64,000 nt of DNA from the human T2T-CHM13v2.0 reference genome, Homo sapiens: NCBI RefSeq assembly GCF_009914755.1, contig NC_060937.1. One strand, 5' to 3'. Position numbers and translations under genes: made by a program. Of this stretch, positions 13,320-25,240 are shown one piece after another. Under the pieces are notes generated by a model that had not been told where the DNA came from, made no database searches, and worked only from the letters and a program-made list of their open reading frames with translations. The first letter of the stretch is position 1. The number at the start of each line of letters is the position of its first letter.

Positions 13320-13755
13320 CTAACCATGGAGATGTAGAGGATTTATGTCCTTTCCCTTTTGATTTTGTGTATGTTCTGCAATTGCTTTAATCATCAGAAA
13401 ACTATAAAAGTGACACTGTACCTGTTTCTGTGCCTACGCCTGATGAAACTGACAGCTTCCGCTACCTGTTTCTTAGAACAATCACTCTTGAAAACCAGCC
13501 ACCATGCTGTGAGGAAGACCAAGCAATCCTGTGGAGAAGCCCACATAGAGGAGAACTGGCGGTCCCAGACTGAAGTCCTGTTGAGTTCCCAGACCACAGT
13601 CAGTACAAATTTGCCTTTTAAGAGAGTGAGCTATTGTGTAAATGACTTCTCTGGATCCAGGAAAGCCTAGTTCTTGACCTACAAAATCATGAGCAAAATA
13701 AAATTCCTCTTTTAAGACATTATCTTTTGGGGTATATTCACAGGCAACAGGCACC
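13320..13755 (+). mobile_element. Old MLT1 (F/G/H-like) MaLR LTR
   Basis: ccagccaccatgctgtgaggaagaccaagc...tggagaagcccacatagaggagaact...acaaaatcatgagcaaaataaa...ttttaagacatta. Confidence 0.75.
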
Positions 13756-14107
13756 CACTATAAAAAGCTGTCACCTCATATGAGATAACATCCTCAAGAC
13801 ATTTTGAGTAGTTTAGTCCAGCTCCCTAGAAACCCCCCTTTATTTTCTCTTTGAGCACACACATATTTCCTGCCTTTGAGCAATGTATGCTCTGAATGGG
13901 GAAAAAGGCATCGAGATACAAAAGCACATTATAAGATAGAAAACTCTATGTGCCATTTCCTATCATTTACCTTGATGTGAGCAACCAACTCCAGAAGGAG
14001 GACGAGTTGCCATTGCTTTATATCTCCCTCTCATCTTTCTTCTATATCTGCTTTTGTAGTCTTGTGCATATCGTTGTGGCCTTCTCAACTATTCCCACCT
14101 TTTCTCT

Positions 14108-14598
14108 ATTTTTTAAAAAATTATACTTTAAGTTATGGGATACTTAAAGTATCCCATACTTACGGGATATGTGCAGAATGTGTAGGTTTGTTACACAGGT
14201 ATACATGTGCCATGGTGGTTTGCTGCATCTATCAACCCATCATCTACATTAGGTATTTCTCCTAATGCTATCCCTCCCCTAGCCTGTCACCCCCCGACTG
14301 GCCCTGGCATGTGATGTTCCCCTCCCTGTGCCCATATGTTCTCATTGTTCAACTCCTACTTAAGAGTGAGAACATACGGTGTTCGGTTTTCTGTTTCCGT
14401 GTTAGTTTGCTGAGAATGACAGTTTCCAGCTTCATCCATGTCCATGCAAAGGACATGAACTCATTCTTTTTTATGGCTGCATACTATTCCATCGTGTATA
14501 TGTGCCACATTTTCTTTATCGAGTCACATTGATGGGCATTTGGTTTGGTTCCAAGTCTTTGCTATTGTGAATAGTGTGCAATAAACATATGTGTACAT
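14108..14598 (-). mobile_element. L1PA7/8-like 3' end, 5'-truncated
   Basis: ttatactttaag...gtgcagaatgtgtaggtttgttacacaggtatacatgtgccatggtggtttgctgca...ttccaagtctttgctattgtgaatagtg. Confidence 0.92.
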
Positions 14599-17416
14599 AC
14601 ATAGCCATATAATATACAGAAAGAAAATGAGGAAAGATTGTAAACCTTTCACAATAAAAAATAAACACAAATGAAGAGAGTAATGGAGAAAATGAAGATT
14701 AAAAAAGCTATAATGCATATAGAAAACAAGTATCAATATGACAGAAGTAAATTGCTCTTACAGTAATTACTTCAAATGTAAATACATAAGCCCTCCATCA
14801 ATCAAAACACAGAGAGTGGCAAAATGGATTAAAAAACCTGATTCAATTATATGCTGCCTATAGGAAACTCACTTTACATATAAAGATACAAATAGACTAA
14901 AAGTGAAAGGATAAAGAAATCATTCCATGCAAATAGTAACAAAAAGAGCAGGGGTGGCTATATGAATAGCAGAGAAAATAGGTTTTAAATTAAAAATTAA
15001 TAACAGACAAAAAAAGGACAATATATCTTAACCAATGGTTCAATAGAGCAAGAAAATATAACAATTAAAAACATTTACACGCCTAATATCAGGTCATCAA
15101 AATATGTAAAGGAAAAATTTACAAAATTGAAGAGAGAAATGGATAATTCTACAATAATAGTTGCGGGAGACATCAATACCCCACTTTCACTAATAAATAC
15201 AACAACTGGTCAGAAGAGCGGTAAGAAAAAAGAAGACAACACAATAAACCAATTAGACCTAACAAACATTTACAAAACACTACCCAATAACAATAGCATA
15301 TACATTCTTCTTAAGGGTACGTGAGTGAGCCATTTTTCAAGATAAAGGATATGTTAGGCCACAAATTAAATCTCAATAGATTTAAAAAATATATACATTA
15401 TAACATGTATCTTCTCTGACCACAATGGAATGAAGTTAAAAATCAATAACAGAAGTAAACTGAAAAATTTGCAAAACTGTGGAAATCACACATTTAACCT
15501 ACCAATGGATCAAAGAAAAAGTCCTGAAGGAAATTATAAAATAGTTAGAGATGAATAAAAGTAAAAACATACCACAACTTTTGTAAGACAACAAAAGCAC
15601 TGCTAAAGGGGAAATTTATTTCTAAAAATGCTTACGTTAAAAGAAAGAAATTTCAAATAACAACCTAGCTTTGCAATGTAAGGAACTAAAAAACAAACAA
15701 CAAACTAAACCCAGTGCTAGCAGGAGGGAGGAAATAATAAATATTAGACAGAAACAAAGAAATAGAGAATTGAAAAAGGAGAAAATCTATAAAAACAAAA
15801 GTTGGTTCTTTGAAAAGTTTAAGAACTCTGAAAAACCTTTAGCAGTATAGAGTAAGAAAAAAGAGAGAAGACTCAAATTACAAAAAAAAAAAAAAAGGGA
15901 AGAAACTGGGGACAGTATTAATGATTCTACACAAATAAAAAAAGGTTTATATGAGTACTATAAACAATGTACAGCAACAAGTTGGATAACCTAGATGAAA
16001 TGAATAAATTCCTAGAAGCACAAAACCAAACAAGACTAAATCATGAAGAAATAGGAAATCTAAATAAAGAGATCTGTAACTAATAAGGAGTTTGAATCAG
16101 AAAAAACTCTCCCAATAAATAAAAGCCCTGGACTTGCTGACTTTATTTGTGAATGCTGTCAAACATTTAAAGAAGAAGTAATGTCAATTATTCTCAAACT
16201 TTTCCAAAAATTTGGAAAGGCAGAAATATTCAAAAGCATATAAAAAGGATTATACACCATGACTAAGTGGGATTTATTCCTGGAATACAAGAATAGTTTA
16301 CCATATAGAAATTAATCAATGTAATATACCACATTAACAAAATGAAGTAAAAAAATACACATCTTTTAAATCAATGAAGAAAAAGAATTTGACAAAATTT
16401 AACATTTTTTCATGATTAAAAAAACACTCAACAAATTAGGAATGAAGGAAAAGTATCCTCACATAATAAAAGCTCACAATAAAAAAACCCACAGTGAACA
16501 TCATACTTAATGATGAAGGAATAAAAACTTTTCCTATAAGATAGGGAACAAGCAGGAATGCTTGCATTTGCCCCTTATTTTCAACATAATTCTGGAAGTC
16601 TCAGCCAGAGAAATTAGGCAAGAGAAAAAAAAGGCATACAAACTGGAAAGAAGGAAGAAAAATTATCTGTTCTCAGGTGATGTAAGTGTCTATGTAGAAA
16701 ACCCTAAATGCTCCACTAAAAAGGTGTTACTGTTAATAAATGAATTTAGCAAGAAGCAGGATACCAAGTCAACACACAAAAATCAGTTGCATTTCTAGAC
16801 ACTAACAATGAACAATCTGAAAAGAAAATTAAAAAACAATTTTACTTAAAATAACATTGAAATAAATATTTAGAAATTAACTGAGGAGGTGAAAGCTTTG
16901 TGCACTGAAAACCACAAAACCATGCTGAAAGAAATTAAAAAACACACAAATAAATGGAAACACATTCCATGTTCATAGATTGTAGACTTAATATTAAGAT
17001 ATCAATACTACCCAATGTAATTTACAAATTTAATGCAATCTGTACTAAAATCTCAGTGACATTTTCTGCAGAAATAAAAAAAAAATGCATTCTAAAATTT
17101 ATATGCAATGTCAAGGGACACTGAGCAGCCAAAACAATCATGAAAAAAAGATCAAAGCTCTAGGACTCATACTTCCTGATTCAAAACTTACTACAAAGCT
17201 ACCGTATTCAAAACATTGTGGTACTAGCATAAGAACAGGCATATAAACCAATGGAATAGAATAGAGAGCCCCCAAATAAATAAATTATCATCTATATGGT
17301 CCAGTGATTTCTGACAAGGGTGCCACAACTATTCAATGGGGGAAAGGACAGACTTTTCAACAAATGGTGCTGGGAAAACTGGATATCCACATGCAAAAGA
17401 ATGAATTTGGACTTTT

Positions 17417-17630
17417 TTTTTTTCTTTTTTTTTTTTTATGTTAATTTATTTATTTATTTATTTATTTTTTTAATTTTTTTTTTTTTAATTATACTTTAAG
17501 TTTTAGGGTACATGTGCACATTGTGCAGGTTAGTTACATATGTATACATGTGCCATGCTGGTGCGCTGCACCCACTAACGTGTCATCTAGCATTAGGTAT
17601 ATCTCCCAATGCTATCCCTCCCCCCTCCCC
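17417..17630 (-). mobile_element. Very young L1 (L1PA2/L1HS boundary, ACG/A type), ~140 bp 3' end plus long tail
   Basis: Matches the recalled L1HS 3'UTR consensus; sense gatgacACGttagtggg (17579-17581) and aaaacttaAagtat (17496); perfect 14-bp TSD gaatttggactttt at 17403-17416 and 17631-17644. Confidence 0.93.
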
Positions 17631-18493
17631 GAATTTGGACTTTTACCTAATGCCATATGCAAAAATAAACCAAAAATAGATCAAAGAATTAAATATAAAC
17701 ATAAAAGTATAAAACTCTTACAAGAAAACAGAGGCCAAAAGCTCTATGACGTTTGATTTGTCAACATTTTCTTGAATATGACACTGAAGGTACAGGCAAC
17801 AACAACAAAAATACAAATTGGACTTCATAAATTTTTTTTAAATTGTACATTATAAGAAAATATCAACAGAATGAAAAAGCAACCCACAGAATGGGAAAAA
17901 CATATTTGCAAATAATATATGTGATAAGAGATTAATATCCAGAACATATTGAGAACTCCTGAAACTCAACCAAAATCACAAACAATCCAATGCAAAAATG
18001 GGCAAAGGACTTTTCGAAATAGACATTTATCCAAAGAAGATACACAAATGATATATCTCCAAAGAATATGATATATTCCTCAAAAAGGTATATTCTCCAA
18101 ATGAGATATACAAATGGCCAATAAGTACATGAAAAGATGCTCAGCATCACAAATCATTAGGGAAATGAAACTGAAAACCACAATGAGATGCCATCTCACA
18201 CATTAGGATGCCTAATATCAAGAAAACAGAAAATGAGTGTTGGGGAAAATGTGGAAAGACCGGAACCGTTGAGCAGTATTGGTGTGAATGTGAAAAGGCA
18301 CAGCTGCTGTGGAAAATAGTGTAGTTCCTAAAAAAGTTAAAAACAGAATTACCATATGACCCAGAAATTCTGCTTCTGGATGTATAACCGAAAGGAATGG
18401 AAAGCAGAGTCTGGAAGAGATATTTGTACACCTATGTTCATAGCATTATTCACAATAGCTAAAAAGTCTAAGCAGCTCAAATGTCCACTAACA

Positions 18494-18848
18494 CAGGAGT
18501 CCCCAACCCCTGCACCACAGACCAATACTGGTCAGTGGCCTGTTACGAACCAGGCCACACAGCAGGAGGTGAGCAGCAGGCAAACAAGCTTTACCACATG
18601 AGCTCTGCCTTCTGTCACATCAGCAGCAGCATTAGTTTCTCATAGGAGCGTAAACCTGATGGTGAACTGCACATGTAAGTCATCTAGGTTGCATGCTCCT
18701 TATAAGAATCTAATTCATGCCTGATTAATACCTGATAATTTGATGATCTGAGGTGAAACAATTTCATCCTGAAACCATCCCCTCCGTCTGTGAAAAAATT
18801 GTCTTCCACAAAGCTGGTCCCTGGTGCCAAAAAGATTGGGGACCACTG
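18494..18848 (+). mobile_element. MER1B hAT-Charlie DNA transposon
   Basis: TIRs caggagtccccaacc / gattggggaccactg; perfect 8-bp TSD cactaaca (18486-18493, 18849-18856). Confidence 0.93.
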
Positions 18849-19306
18849 CACTAACAGATGAATGGATAAATAAAATGTGGTATATATAATCAATGGAAAA
18901 TTAATGAGCTTTGAAAATAAATGAAATCCTGACATTTATGACAACATGGATAAATCTGGAGGGCATTAGACTAAGCAAAATAAGTCAGGCACAAAAGAGT
19001 AAATGCTGTATGATTCCACATATATGAGACACTTAAAGTAGGTCAAATTCATAGAGACAGAAAGGAAAATGATGGTTGCCAGGGACTGGGGTAAAGGGAA
19101 ATAAGGAATTATTGTTGAATGGGTATAAAGTTTCATTTTTTCAAGATGAAATTATATAGATTATGGTAAATTCATAAAATTATGAATATATTTAATACTA
19201 CTAAACTATAAACTTTAAAAATGGTTAAGATAATAAATTTTGTTATGTGTATTTTACCACACTTTAAGAAATCAGGGACAATTTTTTTTTTTTTTTTGAG
19301 ACAGGT

Positions 19307-21585
19307 TGTATTAGTTTGTTTTCATGCTGCTGATAAATACATACATGGGACTGGGAAGAAAAAGAAGTTTAATTGGAATTATAGTTCCACATGGCTGGGG
19401 AGAACTCAGAATCATGGCAGGAGGTGAAAAGCACTTCTTACATGGTGGCAGCAAGAGACAATGAGGAGGAAGCAAAAGCAGAAACCCCTGATAAACCTAT
19501 CAGATCTCATGAGACTTACTCACTATCATGAGAATAGCATGGGAAAGACTGGACCCCATAATTCAATTACCTCTCCCTGGGTCCCACCCACAACATGTGG
19601 GAATTCTCTGAGATACAATTCAAGTTGAGATTCGAATGGGGACACAGCCAAACCATATCATTCTGCCCCAGTCCCTCCAAATCTTATGTCCTCACACTTT
19701 AAAACCAGTCATGCCTTCCCAACAGTCACCCAAAATCTTAACTCATTTCAGCATTAACCAAAGTCCATAGTCCAAAGTCTCATCTGAGACAAGGCAATGC
19801 CTTTCCACCTATGAGCCTGTAAAATCAAAAGCAAGCTAGTTACTTCCTAGATACAGTGGGGGTACAGGTATTTGGTAAATACAGCCATTCCAAATGGGAG
19901 AAATTGGCCAAAATGAAGGGGCTAAAGGCCCCATGCAAGTCTGAAATCCAGCGGGGCAGTAAATTTTAAAGCTCCAAAACGATCTTTGACTCCATGTCTC
20001 ACATCCAGGTCACGCTGATGCAAGAGGTGGGTTCCCATGGTCTTGGGCAGCTCTGCCCCTATGACTTCGCAGGGTACAGCCTCCCTCCTGGCTGCTTTCA
20101 TGCGCTGGCATTGAGTGTCTGTGGCTTTTCCAGTTGCACGGCGCAAGCTGTCGGTGGGTCTACCATTCTGGGATCTGGAGGACCGTGACCCACTGCCCAC
20201 AGCTCCACTAGGTGGTGCTGTGGTGGTGCCCTAGTAGGGACTCCCACATTTCCCTTCTGCACTGCCCTAGCAGAGGTTTGCCATGAAGGTCCCATCCCTG
20301 CAGCAAACTTCTGCCTGGGCATCCAGGAGTTTCCAAACACCCTCTGCAATCTAGGTGGAGGCTCCCAAACCTCAATTCTTGAGTTCTGTGCACCCACAGG
20401 CTCAACACCATATGGAAGTTGCCAAGGCTTGGGGCTTCCATCCTCTGAAGCCACAGCCTGAGCTGTACATTGGCCCCTTTCAGCCATGGCTGGAGCAGCT
20501 GGGATACAGGGCACCAAGTTCCTAGGCTGCACACAGCATGGAGACCCTGGGCCCTGCCCATGAAACCACTTTTTCCTCCAGGGCCTCCAGGCCTGCGATG
20601 GGAGGGGCTGCAGTGAAGGTCTCTGATATGGCCTTGAGACAGTTTCCTCATGGTCTTGAGGATTAACATTAGGCTTCTTGCTACTTATGCAAATTTCTGG
20701 AGCTGGCTTGAATTTCTCCCCAGAAAATGGGCTTTTCTTTTCTATCACATTGTCAGGCTTCAAATTATCCAAACTTTTATGCTCTGCTTCCTTTATAAAA
20801 CTGAATACCTTTATTAACAATACCCAAGTCACCTCTTGAATGCTTTGCTCCTTAGAAATTTCTTCCACTAGATACCCTAAATCATCTCTCTGAAGTTCAA
20901 AGTTCCACAAATCTCTAGGGCAGGGGCAAAATACCACCAGTCTCTTTGCTAAAGCATAACAAGAGTCACCTTTGCTCCAGTTCCCAACAAGTTCCTCATC
21001 TCTGTCAGAGACCATCTCAGCCTGGACCTTATTGTTCATATCACTATCAGCATTTTTGTCAAAGCTATTCGACAAGTCTCTAGAAGGTTCCAAACTTTCT
21101 CACATTTTCCTGTCTTCTTCTGAACCATCCAAACTGTTCCACCCTCTGCCTGTTACCCAGTTCCAAAGCTGCTTCCACATTTTTTGCTTATCTTTTCAGA
21201 AACGCCCCACTCTACTGGTACCAATTTACTTTATTAGTTTGTTTTCACATTGCTGATAAAGACATACCTGAGGCTGGGGGGAAAAAAAAGAGGTTTAATT
21301 GGACTTACAGTTCCACATGGCTGGGGAGGCCTCAGAATCATGGCAGGAGGCAAAAGAACTTCTTAAATGGCAGCAGCAAGAGAAAATGAGGAGGAAGCAA
21401 AAGCAGAAATCCCTGATAAACCCGTCAGGTTTTGTGAGACTTATTCACTATCATGAGAATAGCATGGGAAAGACCTGCCCCCATGATTCAACTGTTTCCC
21501 CCTAAGTCCCTCCCACAACACGTGGGAATTCTGGGAGGTGCAATTCAAGTCAAAATTTGAATGGGTACATAGCCAAACCATATCA
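19307..21585 (-). mobile_element. Complete THE1A MaLR element (LTR 21230-21585, internal region, LTR 19307-19660)
   Basis: Two ~355-bp direct LTRs ending ccaaaccatatca on +; ~1.57-kb internal region; 5-bp TSD caggt/caggg. Confidence 0.95.
19922..21105 (-). pseudogene. THE1-int MaLR ORF remnant
   Basis: 331-codon stretch 20098-21093 with MaLR motifs (DEELVGNWSKGDSCYALAKRL, CPCPRDLWNFEL); canonical ATG at 21103-21105 is followed directly by TGA; frameshift near 20230, with the consensus frame continuing in ORF 19922-20200. Confidence 0.8.
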
Positions 21586-22032
21586 CAGGGACTTGCTCTG
21601 TTACCCAGGCTGGAGTACAATGGCACAAACAGAGCTCACTGCAGCCTCAACTTCCTCGGCTCAAGTGATCCTCCCTGCTCAGCCTTTTTAGTGGCTGGGA
21701 CTACAGGCACACACCGTCATGCCTGGATTTTGAAATTTTTTTGTAGAGATGGGATTCCATCAAGTTTCCAAGGCTGGTTTCTAACTCCTACACTCAAGTG
21801 ATTCTCCTGCTCTGGCTTCCCAAAGTGCTGGGATTACAGGCGTGACCCACCATGCCTGGCCAAATCAGGGAAAATATTTTTTACAAGTTAAGGTAGATTG
21901 ATCGATTTGAAAATCAGTCAAAATGTGAAAAATATCAGCAGAAATCTTTTTCTCCTTGGTTTGATTGTTGCTACATAAGTATGATATAACATCTCACATG
22001 AAATACAACTTCTTAAATTATTGTCCTATTTT

Positions 22033-22035
<3 letters not shown>

Positions 22036-22071
<36 letters not shown>
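22036..22071. repeat. (AT)18 microsatellite
   Basis: Perfect atatat run. Confidence 0.97.
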
Positions 22072-22075
<4 letters not shown>

Positions 22076-22249
22076 AGGAAAATGTAACATGAAACTGTAA
22101 TGATCTCGGCAGCTATCTCATTCCACCCTCATCTTTAACCAAAAAGCTACTACACTAAAGATTCCACACACAGCCCATTAAGGCATTTATAAGAATGTGA
22201 TTGGAAGAGTAATAACTGAAGTAACTTCTATGGAATATTATTTGACTTT

Positions 22250-22685
22250 CAAAAATTTAGGGCTAAAAAAGACCTTAGAAACTATGTAGCCCAAATCTCT
22301 CATTGTGCAGATATAGACTTGGAAACCCAGAGAAGTAAAGAACTTGCTCACGGTTGTATAGAGAACTGGTTACAGAGCTAGAATGTCCTCACTCCTACTT
22401 TTTTTTTTTATCACATCAAATAATAATAATAGGTAACAATTAGTGTGAGGAACAGTTCTAAGTGCTTTACACATCATTTAATATACATTCATTTAATATA
22501 TACGTACATCCACTTAGTCTTTAAAACAACACTATGAGGTAGTTAGTACCATTATCTCCATTTTATAGATTATTCAACTGAAGTCCAAGCAGGTGAAAGT
22601 ACTTATTCAAATAGAGAAACTCAGATGCAAATGCAGACAATTTGGCTCTAGAGTCTGTGACTTTAACCATTACATTACATTGTTC
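22250..22685 (-). mobile_element. Two adjacent MIR-family fragments (~22250-22400 and ~22420-22685)
   Basis: cattgtgcagat...cccagagaagtaaagaacttgctcacgg; aacaacactatgaggtag...attatctccattttatagat...ctttaaccattac. Confidence 0.75.
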
Positions 22686-23709
22686 TCTTTACCTGATTAT
22701 TTACATCTACAACTGAGTAGTTCAGCATAGCTATTGTTTAAAAGTTCTTTTAATAGGTGGTTTAACCAAGTTGATGTTTATATATAAATGAACATTGTTC
22801 ACAAAATAAGTATCGTTTATCGTGGTGTGTGTATTTTATTCTTAGCCCCGTTTTTTTAAATATCCCAAATCCCTAGGAAACAGAAAATCAGGCACATTTC
22901 CCACTCTTGTTCATGGAAGTACCTAGTTGCAAAGTTTACATTAAAGAGGACCCAGATATGCTCTTTATTTTATTTTTTATTTTTTGCAAACATGGAGAAG
23001 GTAAGAGGCATGAATAGACATTGAGACTGCAGTTTGTCTTTCCATATTTGAGCTCCTAATTGCACACAATCATCTTTAATCCTTGAAAAATGTGCATCTC
23101 TTGAATTAGTCTAATATATAAAAATTAAGGTAGATTGGCAAAGAGAAAACCACAAGAAGCCAAGAAAATTTGAACTACATAAATTTCTATAATTAGATAA
23201 TATCATTTTGGAGGGATGAGATTGATACTTTTGAAATATCTGAAATGTCAGAATATGGCTGTATTTATACAGGCTCTCAACTTATTCCTGAATCACATTT
23301 CTTTGAGGAGTTTTTATTTGTGCCATGTTAGCCCTCTTTTAGATTTCATTGAGCTTTATCTTTCATTCAATGGTCGTTTTTCACAAAGAAGTACAGATTT
23401 TTGTACTTTACTATATTTTCTGCAAAGATAATTATAAGGCAATCACAAAAGCACATTGAAATGCAGATACTGGGCAGCCTTATAAACCTAATTGCTAGAT
23501 AAATATCATGTGTACTCAACCATCCTTGAAGTTATTCAGATGTGTGTCTTGGCAAATGTACAAACTACTAAACAATGAGTCTTTGGTATTCTTGGTGAAA
23601 GAGCACAATGCTGTGAATGCTAAATGCCTACATTTAATGGAAAGCAGCTTAGGATATATTTTAATTAAGATAGTACTAAATTCATGTTTTATAAGATTTA
23701 AGTTTCTTT

Positions 23710-24115
23710 TGGATGGCAGAACACAACACTTGGATACATTTGGAAGGCAGAATTCTTCATTATAACTCTAAATGAGAGCTGGCGGCCAGGCAGGGTCACC
23801 CAGGGAATTGTACACAGAGGTAAGCTGGAACTGCAGGATGCATCTTATATAGACAAGCAGGGTGAGTTTAGCTAGGTTTCCTGGACTCCTTGAGGACTGG
23901 CTAATGTGGATAATTCTGTGGGCTCTGGAGGCATTTGGGCTGTTCCTAGTTGTCTGGTTGTTAGCCCCAGGGCAATTAGGTGAAGTGCTTAGTTGCTTAG
24001 ACTGTGAGAGTCTGGTAAGTGAAGCAACTGGGGTGTGGACTTAATTCAACTGCTCATAAAGGTGAACTGACCAGTCTTTAGCCACAGCCAAAAAACTGGG
24101 TCAAGACAGCATTGA
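23710..24115. mobile_element. Old LTR-like element, family not identified
   Basis: ~400-bp GC-elevated block with LTR-like composition in an AT-rich background; no termini or TSD confirmed. Confidence 0.35.
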
Positions 24116-24264
24116 GTAAACAAACATCTAAACTAAAACTGTGTTATGATATGCTATGAATTGTACTTCAAAATTTTAGACAATATAAATTTATTTCGGG
24201 ATCATGTCAAAATGCATATGATTCTGGTAGATGGGGAGCTTTATAGTTTGAAATTTGCAGACTC

Positions 24265-24558
24265 ATGCTATGGCCATCTTACTATACTTCCATCATCAGA
24301 ACCTTGGGGTCCTGCTCTATATTCTCTGGATTCTGTTGGCAAATGGCAGAGGAGAGTGTAAAGACAGTGCACTTGCTCTTAACCAAAGAGCATCCCTTTT
24401 GCTCACATTTCATTGGCTAGAAGTAGTCATCTTGACTACTTGATAGAGAAGGGTTGAAAGGCTAGTAAATGTAGGCCCTGGCTAGGCAGCTACCTCCTAG
24501 CAAAACTCTTTCTATGGGAAAAGAGCACGATTATTTTTTGGACATACAGCTATTTTTG
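24265..24558 (-). mobile_element. MLT1 (K/L-like) LTR fragment
   Basis: ttttgctcacatttcattggctagaagtagtcat...ggctagtaaatgtagg...ggctaggcagctacctcctagcaaaactct. Confidence 0.65.
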
Positions 24559-24879
24559 TTTAGTTGAGTTTTAGAATATATATCTTCATATACACACATA
24601 TGTACACACACATATAAACACACATATACACATGTACAAACATATAGTATGCATGCATATATGTATAAAAATATAGGTTTTAGAATAAGGGATAATTGTT
24701 ATATTAAAAATCTTTAGGTAAAGATGAATTTACCTCATTGCAGAAGATTTCAACTTCGACATATGTGTTGACTCCTAATGGGCCATTGTGATTCTTGGTT
24801 TCCTCTAGTAGTTTTTTTTTTCCCCTTAACTTGAAATGTATAAATATCATCTAGAAGGATTAAATGCTGATTTCCAATT

Positions 24880-25240
24880 ACTTGATATAAATGGAAATAT
24901 ACAAGCATACAATTACACACAGAAAGCCAGATACAAAAGAGTATGTATTTCTATCTTGTTCAACACTGTGTTCCTGAGATTTGTTCACACTGTCACACAT
25001 TGTTGTAGTAGGTCTATTCTCATTGCTGTGTAGTATTCACTGGAGTGAATGTACCACAGTTTATTTATCCATTGCAGTGTTGATAGATATTTAAATAGTT
25101 TCCTGTTTGGAGCTGTGATAAACAGTGCTACCAATATTTTAGAATGTGCCTTTTGGTGAGTCTGTGTATACATTTATGTTGCATATATGCCTAGAAGTGA
25201 AATTTCTGGCCTAGAGAGTATGAGTATGTTCAGTTTACAT
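24880..25240 (-). mobile_element. L1ME-type 3' fragment with a micro-inversion
   Basis: cattgctgtgtagtattc...gtaccacagtttatttatccatt...ttaaatagtttcctgtttggagc...cctagaagtgaaatttctgg. Confidence 0.8.

Larger units (their letters stand above)
14599..19268 (+). mobile_element. L1MB (MB3-like) inter-ORF region, degraded ORF2 and 3'UTR
   Basis: ORF2 remnants in the ORF track (TIIVAGDINTPLS..NTINQLDLTNIYKTL, endonuclease; FNIILEVSAREIRQEK..LFSGDVSVYVENPK, RT); many stops and frameshifts; 3' end aaaatggttaagataataaattttgttatgtgtattttaccac. Confidence 0.9.
19282..21861 (-). mobile_element. AluJ split by THE1A (pieces 19282-19306 and 21586-21861)
   Basis: Poly-T + gagacagg, resumes acttgctctgttacccaggctggagtac...catgcctggcc; TSD aaatcagggacaat/aaatcagggaaaat. 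Confidence 0.9.

Noticed and set aside
14599-19268. Reverse transcriptase and endonuclease motifs suggesting an active retroelement or retron-like system
   Set aside because: Ordinary dead L1MB ORF2 with many stops, frameshifts and insertions.
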